From IMG/VR virus record IMGVR_UViG_3300025759_000061, positions 1 through 64,000 of that record: 64,000 bases of DNA. One strand, 5' to 3'. The stretch comes from an uncultured virus (IMG/VR IMGVR_UViG_3300025759_000061) (lineage: Duplodnaviria; Heunggongvirae; Uroviricota; Caudoviricetes). The stretch's first letter is position 1. Every line of letters starts with the position of its first letter. This document shows positions 59,487 through 64,000 of the stretch, in pieces. The notes beneath the pieces were generated by a model, which had not been told where the DNA came from, did not search any database, and was given only the letters and a program-made list of their open reading frames with translations. The translations under genes were made by a program, and so were the position numbers.

Positions 59487-59978
59487 ATGAAGAAAATTTT
59501 GCTATGCTCCGTTATTGCTACATCTGTATCAATTTTTTCAATGACTGCTATTGCTGGTAATTTCAGTGATGGTGTTGATTGCAATCTCAGCCAATCTGTA
59601 GAAGATCGTTATTGTAATCCAAGAACAGGAGCCAATTACGATCTTGGTGGTGGTAATTCCGGTGGGAATGGTAATTCCGGTGGGAATGGTAATTCCGGTG
59701 GGAATGGTAATTCCGGTGGGAATGGTAACGGAAACGGTAACGGAAACGGTAACGGAAACGGTAATTCCGGTGGGAATGGTAATTCCGGTAATTCCGGTGG
59801 TTCAGGTCCCGGTAACGGAAACGGTAATGCCGGAAATTCTGGAAACGGTGGTGGAAATAACGGTGGTTCAGGTCCCGGTACTGGAAACGGTGGTGGAAAC
59901 AATGGACAGGGTGCCGGAGCCGGAAACGGTAACGGTGGTTCTGGAAACGGTGGTGGAAACGGTAACGGTCGTAAGTAA
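59487..59978 (+). CDS. Secreted Gly/Asn-rich repeat protein
   Basis: Signal peptide, two Cys, then GNSGGN/GNGN repeats (18-nt unit GGTAATTCCGGTGGGAAT). Confidence 0.7.
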   Translation: MKKILLCSVIATSVSIFSMTAIAGNFSDGVDCNLSQSVEDRYCNPRTGANYDLGGGNSGGNGNSGGNGNSGGNGNSGGNGNGNGNGNGNGNGNSGGNGNSGNSGGSGPGNGNGNAGNSGNGGGNNGGSGPGTGNGGGNNGQGAGAGNGNGGSGNGGGNGNGRK

Positions 59979-59990
59979 ATAAACAACAAA

Positions 59991-60066
59991 GTCCCTATAG
60001 CCCAATGGCAGAGGCCACAGCTTTAAACCCTGTTCAGTGTCGGTTCGAATCCGACTAGGGACACCA
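59991..60066 (+). tRNA. tRNA-Leu(UAA), short variable loop
   Basis: GTCCCTA/TAGGGAC, loop TT-TAA-AC, C31-C39 mismatch, CCA. Confidence 0.82.
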
Positions 60067-60277
60067 CAAACATGAGAGTATGAGTTATGAGCAAATTTCG
60101 AATTAAGTCTGAATGGGATTTTGGTTGGGAAGATATGATCTTTGATAGCAAGGAAGCTGCCTTGGAACATATGAAACAGGATGAAAATCTCAAGGAATTG
60201 TGTGATGATTATCAGATGTCTGTTGATGAAATTATGGCCAAAAATCTGATCAGCTTTGTTGAATTGAAAGAGATGTA

Positions 60278-60934
60278 ATGAAGATAGCTATCATAGCAGA
60301 CCTTCACTGTGAATTCAGTGAGTGGGTCTGGCCAGATGAAACTGAGTGTGATGTGATCATTAATGCCGGTGATACCCATCCATGGCCACTCCAGAGAGAC
60401 CTGAAACGGAAGTCTTTTCCAGACAAACCTTACATTGAGGTTTTGGGAAACCATGACTATTATGGGCAACAGGAACTGGCCTATTGTTCTTCTGCATACC
60501 GGGTTGATGATACCAAGTTTTTCGGAACAACCCTCTGGACAGATTTGGACCTTGCCCAGTTTGAACTGGTTAAAAATTCTCTGGCAGATAGCAGACAGAT
60601 TGTGAACTACACATATGAGAAGATGGGTGAACTATTCACCAGAGGGTTGGATGACATATTGAAATCCAATGCTGATGTTATTGTCACTCACCACGGCCCT
60701 TCATTCAAATCATGTAGCATAAAATATCAGGGATCACCTTTGAATTGTGGATTTTATTCCTCTCTGGATGATTTTATTCTTGACATGGAGAAACCACCCG
60801 TGTTATGGGTCCACGGACATACACATGATTCTTCTGATTACATGATTGGTAAGACAAGAGTCGTGTGTCACCCAAGGGGATATCCCCATGAGGTCAATCA
60901 CAGAAACTACAAACCGAAAGTGATAGAGATATGA
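60278..60934 (+). CDS. Metallophosphoesterase
   Basis: ADLH, AGD, GNHD, THH, WVHGHTH. Confidence 0.88.
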   Translation: MKIAIIADLHCEFSEWVWPDETECDVIINAGDTHPWPLQRDLKRKSFPDKPYIEVLGNHDYYGQQELAYCSSAYRVDDTKFFGTTLWTDLDLAQFELVKNSLADSRQIVNYTYEKMGELFTRGLDDILKSNADVIVTHHGPSFKSCSIKYQGSPLNCGFYSSLDDFILDMEKPPVLWVHGHTHDSSDYMIGKTRVVCHPRGYPHEVNHRNYKPKVIEI

Positions 60935-61163
60935 AAACATTTATGTTGGTTGGGTTGCTTACTGTATCCTTGATACTATATCTTGGTTTGAAGTGGTTAT
61001 GGGATAATATCGAAGTGAAGGGTGATGACCCCAAACCACCAATTGGAAAGGAAGATCGTGATAGCTGATTTCACATATCTTCAATGGATATTTGTTACCG
61101 TGGGTATTTACGGTGCATATATAGCAATTCGGCAAATAATTTGGAAACTGGAAAAGAAGGAAT

Positions 61164-62075
61164 ATGATAATGAATCCGATTAAAACAGCACTAGGTGGTA
61201 TTGTGGGGATGTTTGCATTCCTTGCCGTCATTACCGTGGTCTTTGGATCGTGGTATACGATTGATGAAACTGAACGGGGAGTCGTTCTCCGAAATGGAGC
61301 ATTCCAGACAATTGCAGAACCGGGTCTAGGTTTCAAGACTCCGTGGATTGAGGATGTGAACGTTATTTCACTCCAGACACTTTCACGAGAGTGGGAGAAG
61401 ATGCAAGCATACAGCCGGGATCAACAGCCTGCTGATCTTGTTGTATCCGTCACATACAGGGTTCCACCCGGTGATGTCGAAGAGTTGTATCGTCAGTTCA
61501 TCAGCATTGATGGGATGACATCACGTTTGCTGGATCGTAAGATACCGGAAGTTGTGAAGACCGTGTTTGGTCAGTACACAGCAGTATCAGCCGTCCAGAA
61601 CCGTGAAGCCATGGGTGCCCGTATTACGGAGCAAGCAAATGCACGTATTAAGGGTCCGATTGAAATTGTGTCAATCCAGATTGAGAATATTGATTTCTCT
61701 GATGCATACGAAGAATCCATCGAGTCACGTATGAAGGAAGAGGTTGAGGTTGAACGGGTTCGTCAAACAGCAGAACGTCAGAAGATTGAAGCCGAAATCA
61801 CGGTGATCAAAGCTGATGCTGAAGCCAAAGCTGTTATTGCCCGTGCCACTGCTGAAGCCGATGCTATCAGACTCCGTGGTGTTGCCGAAGCATCTGCCAT
61901 TGATGCAAAAGGTAAAGCTATCCAACAGAACCCACAAATCGTGGAACTGACAAAAGCTGAAAAGTGGAATGGTGTTACACCAACAACAGTCCTTCCGAAT
62001 GGTACAATCCCATTCTTGGATGTTGCCAAGCCACGTGCTGATGTTATGACACTGGACCGTTTGCTGAAGCAGTAA
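61164..62075 (+). CDS. SPFH/prohibitin (band 7) membrane protein
   Basis: TM helix, GSWYTIDETERGVV, PGLGFKTPWI, AEA coiled coil, EKWNG. Confidence 0.9.
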   Translation: MIMNPIKTALGGIVGMFAFLAVITVVFGSWYTIDETERGVVLRNGAFQTIAEPGLGFKTPWIEDVNVISLQTLSREWEKMQAYSRDQQPADLVVSVTYRVPPGDVEELYRQFISIDGMTSRLLDRKIPEVVKTVFGQYTAVSAVQNREAMGARITEQANARIKGPIEIVSIQIENIDFSDAYEESIESRMKEEVEVERVRQTAERQKIEAEITVIKADAEAKAVIARATAEADAIRLRGVAEASAIDAKGKAIQQNPQIVELTKAEKWNGVTPTTVLPNGTIPFLDVAKPRADVMTLDRLLKQ

Positions 62076-62092
62076 AATATCTACATGTCAAC

Positions 62093-62123
62093 AAAGGGTG
62101 GGATTTCGGTCCCACCTTTTTTT
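62093..62123 (+). terminator. Rho-independent terminator
   Basis: GGTGGGAT-TTCG-GTCCCACC plus T-run. Confidence 0.88.
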
Positions 62124-62155
62124 ATTGCCTATAAATACAGGAAGGGAGTGGTTAG

Positions 62156-62584
62156 ATGTCGGACATAGAGGGTTTTAAGGGGTACTGGGACGTGTTTGAG
62201 GCTTCTGAGACACTGGGAGACCCATATCCCCAGTTAACGGCTGCACAGTGGGCCTTAGAGAGTTCTTGGGGTAAGAGAATGTCAGGGAATAACAACCCGT
62301 TTGGCCAGAAGGGCCGGGTTGGTGAGGATGATGTCACGTTCAGGATGACATGGGAGATTATCGACGGTGAACGGGTTGAACGGGAAGAGCCGTTCATGAA
62401 CTACCCATCTTTGTATGATGCCATGCTTGACCGGTACAATAGGTGGATAGTTTTATATAGCCGTGCAGAAAGTGTTGAAGAAGCTATTGACATACTTCTG
62501 GAAAACTGGTATGCAACAGATACAGATTACAAAGAGAAGATTCTTGCAGTGATTGAGACTGCCAAGAAAAACACAGGACCATGA
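62156..62584 (+). CDS. Glucosaminidase/FlgJ-type peptidoglycan hydrolase (candidate endolysin)
   Basis: AAQWALESSWG, NNPFGQK, YATDTDY; TATAAATA late promoter upstream. Confidence 0.85.
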   Translation: MSDIEGFKGYWDVFEASETLGDPYPQLTAAQWALESSWGKRMSGNNNPFGQKGRVGEDDVTFRMTWEIIDGERVEREEPFMNYPSLYDAMLDRYNRWIVLYSRAESVEEAIDILLENWYATDTDYKEKILAVIETAKKNTGP

Positions 62585-62650
62585 ACCAATGAATCATTAC
62601 CACGAGCTTGACAACCTGTAAGTACAATTCCGTACTTATAGGAGACAGAA

Positions 62651-62938
62651 ATGTCTAAAACATATCGTCGAATGGGTAACTGTGACAGGTGGTATAACCG
62701 TCCGTTTACTTATGGTGGTCTTGTCAGAGAAGACCCGGAATTTGATGAAAAGCAGAAACGGGAATTCCATAACGACAAGTTGACTCATTCCAGTGGGAAC
62801 AAGACTTACAAAGCTCTTTGCAAAAAGACTCGTCGTAGCCGGTGGAGATATGATGCAGCCATGATCATGAAAGATGTGGACCATGACTGGATCGAAACAA
62901 AGAAGCTTGAGAAGAAACATATCTGGTCTGTCTGGTGA
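62651..62938 (+). CDS. Basic hypothetical protein
   Basis: AGGAG RBS; MSKTYRR. Confidence 0.55.
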   Translation: MSKTYRRMGNCDRWYNRPFTYGGLVREDPEFDEKQKREFHNDKLTHSSGNKTYKALCKKTRRSRWRYDAAMIMKDVDHDWIETKKLEKKHIWSVW

Positions 62939-62945
62939 GTGAGGA

Positions 62946-63545
62946 ATGAATGTGAACCCTTTTGATTTGAAAACATTGGTGTTGAATGCAAACTACCAGC
63001 CGGTAGACTTGTTTCCACTGATGGTGATACCAGTACAGGATGCCGTGGGTAGATGCTACTCCGGTGAGCCGACATGCCGGGTTGAGGTTGAGTATCCAAT
63101 AGAGATTGCCAACCGGAATGCACGGTGGAGCCTTAAGTGGCCGTCCATCATTGTCCGATTTAATACCAACATCTATCATAAAGATCACGTTCATATGAAC
63201 CACACGACTCTGTTCTACAGGGACATGGGGTTATGTGCATATTGTTCAAACCATGTTCCCATCCGGAAGGGTACGATTGATCACGTTCAGCCTATCTCAA
63301 AGGGTGGTAAGAACGTCTGGACAAACGTTGTCTGGTCGTGTGGGACTTGTAATGCCAAGAAAGATAACCATCTTCCAAAGGGTGAGTGGACACCACGAAA
63401 CAGGTTGTGGGTGCCCACATACTGGGACTTGGTGAGACATTGTAAGAAGTTTCCACTAACGGTTTATGACATTAGGTGGATGGATTATCTTCCGGATTGG
63501 GAAGGTGAAATTAGATTATGGGAGAATTATGATGTCAGAGGTTGA
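62946..63545 (+). CDS. HNH endonuclease
   Basis: LVLNANYQP, RD..CAYC, TIDHVQPISKGG..WTNVV..C..CN..K. Confidence 0.9.
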   Translation: MNVNPFDLKTLVLNANYQPVDLFPLMVIPVQDAVGRCYSGEPTCRVEVEYPIEIANRNARWSLKWPSIIVRFNTNIYHKDHVHMNHTTLFYRDMGLCAYCSNHVPIRKGTIDHVQPISKGGKNVWTNVVWSCGTCNAKKDNHLPKGEWTPRNRLWVPTYWDLVRHCKKFPLTVYDIRWMDYLPDWEGEIRLWENYDVRG

Positions 63546-64000
63546 TCGTAGAGGTTTCCTTGGTTTGCTGAGTGCTGTTGGTCTTGCACCGGAAGCCCTG
63601 AAAAATATTGTTGCAGAGAATAGTGTCAAGACCTTTGGCAACACAGTTGCTGGTGGTGCTTCTGGTCTTATTCGATCTATGAGTAGCCAAGAAAAAAACA
63701 GATTCAATCTCCGGAATCTCATCAGAAACAGCAAGGAACAGAATAGTGGGTATGAATTTGATGATAGTTACATACATGATCAAGCAGAGAAGATAGTGAT
63801 TGCACAAAACCCCGGATTATATGAGAAAACATTTGACAAGTACAAAGATAGTGATATGGACTCTATGAAATCATTCTCATCTTCTGTGAAAGACCATTAC
63901 AATAGACAAAAAATATTGGAATCCTCAGAGAAGTTTGAAAGAATGAAGATCACGAAGATGATTGAAATTCTGACTAAAAATGTTAAAAATATCCCATTTC
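63529..64000 (+). CDS. Partial ORF with twin-arginine-like signal, runs off window
   Basis: Manual translation MMSEVDRRGFLGLLSAVGLA; no stop seen before window end. Confidence 0.55.
   Translation, partial: MMSEVDRRGFLGLLSAVGLAPEALKNIVAENSVKTFGNTVAGGASGLIRSMSSQEKNRFNLRNLIRNSKEQNSGYEFDDSYIHDQAEKIVIAQNPGLYEKTFDKYKDSDMDSMKSFSSSVKDHYNRQKILESSEKFERMKITKMIEILTKNVKNIPF

Noticed and set aside
59636..59989. Pro/Phe-rich reverse ORF, or CRISPR-like array
   Set aside because: In-frame coding repeats with no spacers; antisense shadow of the Gly/Asn protein

Overview
A 64 kb segment of a large T4-like (Tevenvirinae/Kyanoviridae-style) myophage genome, almost entirely + strand. In order it carries: head genes (gp20, core proteins, gp68, gp21, gp22, gp23); a GIY-YIG endonuclease, gp3, uvsY, uvsW, gp55, gp47 and gp46; a GGQ release-factor-like gene; about 24 CCA-encoding tRNA genes plus several aberrant tRNA-like RNAs; an NAD salvage pair (NadM-Nudix, NadV); a vWA/CobS AAA pair; dNMP kinase, gp45/44/62, regA and dUTPase; a ~12 kb sugar-nucleotide/glycosyltransferase island; a three-gene membrane module; and an early region of small ORFs behind a repeated sigma70-type promoter. 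The host is inferred to be an alphaproteobacterium (tRNA-His with G1:U72/A73 and no G-1; dense GANTC cluster before gp55). The most striking signal is compositional. I found no GCG or CGC trinucleotide in any stretch I read, although CG dinucleotides are common, and the purge appears to have rewritten conserved tRNA positions. CCWGG and RGATCY also look absent. All calls were made by eye from motifs and synteny; no searches or counts were run.
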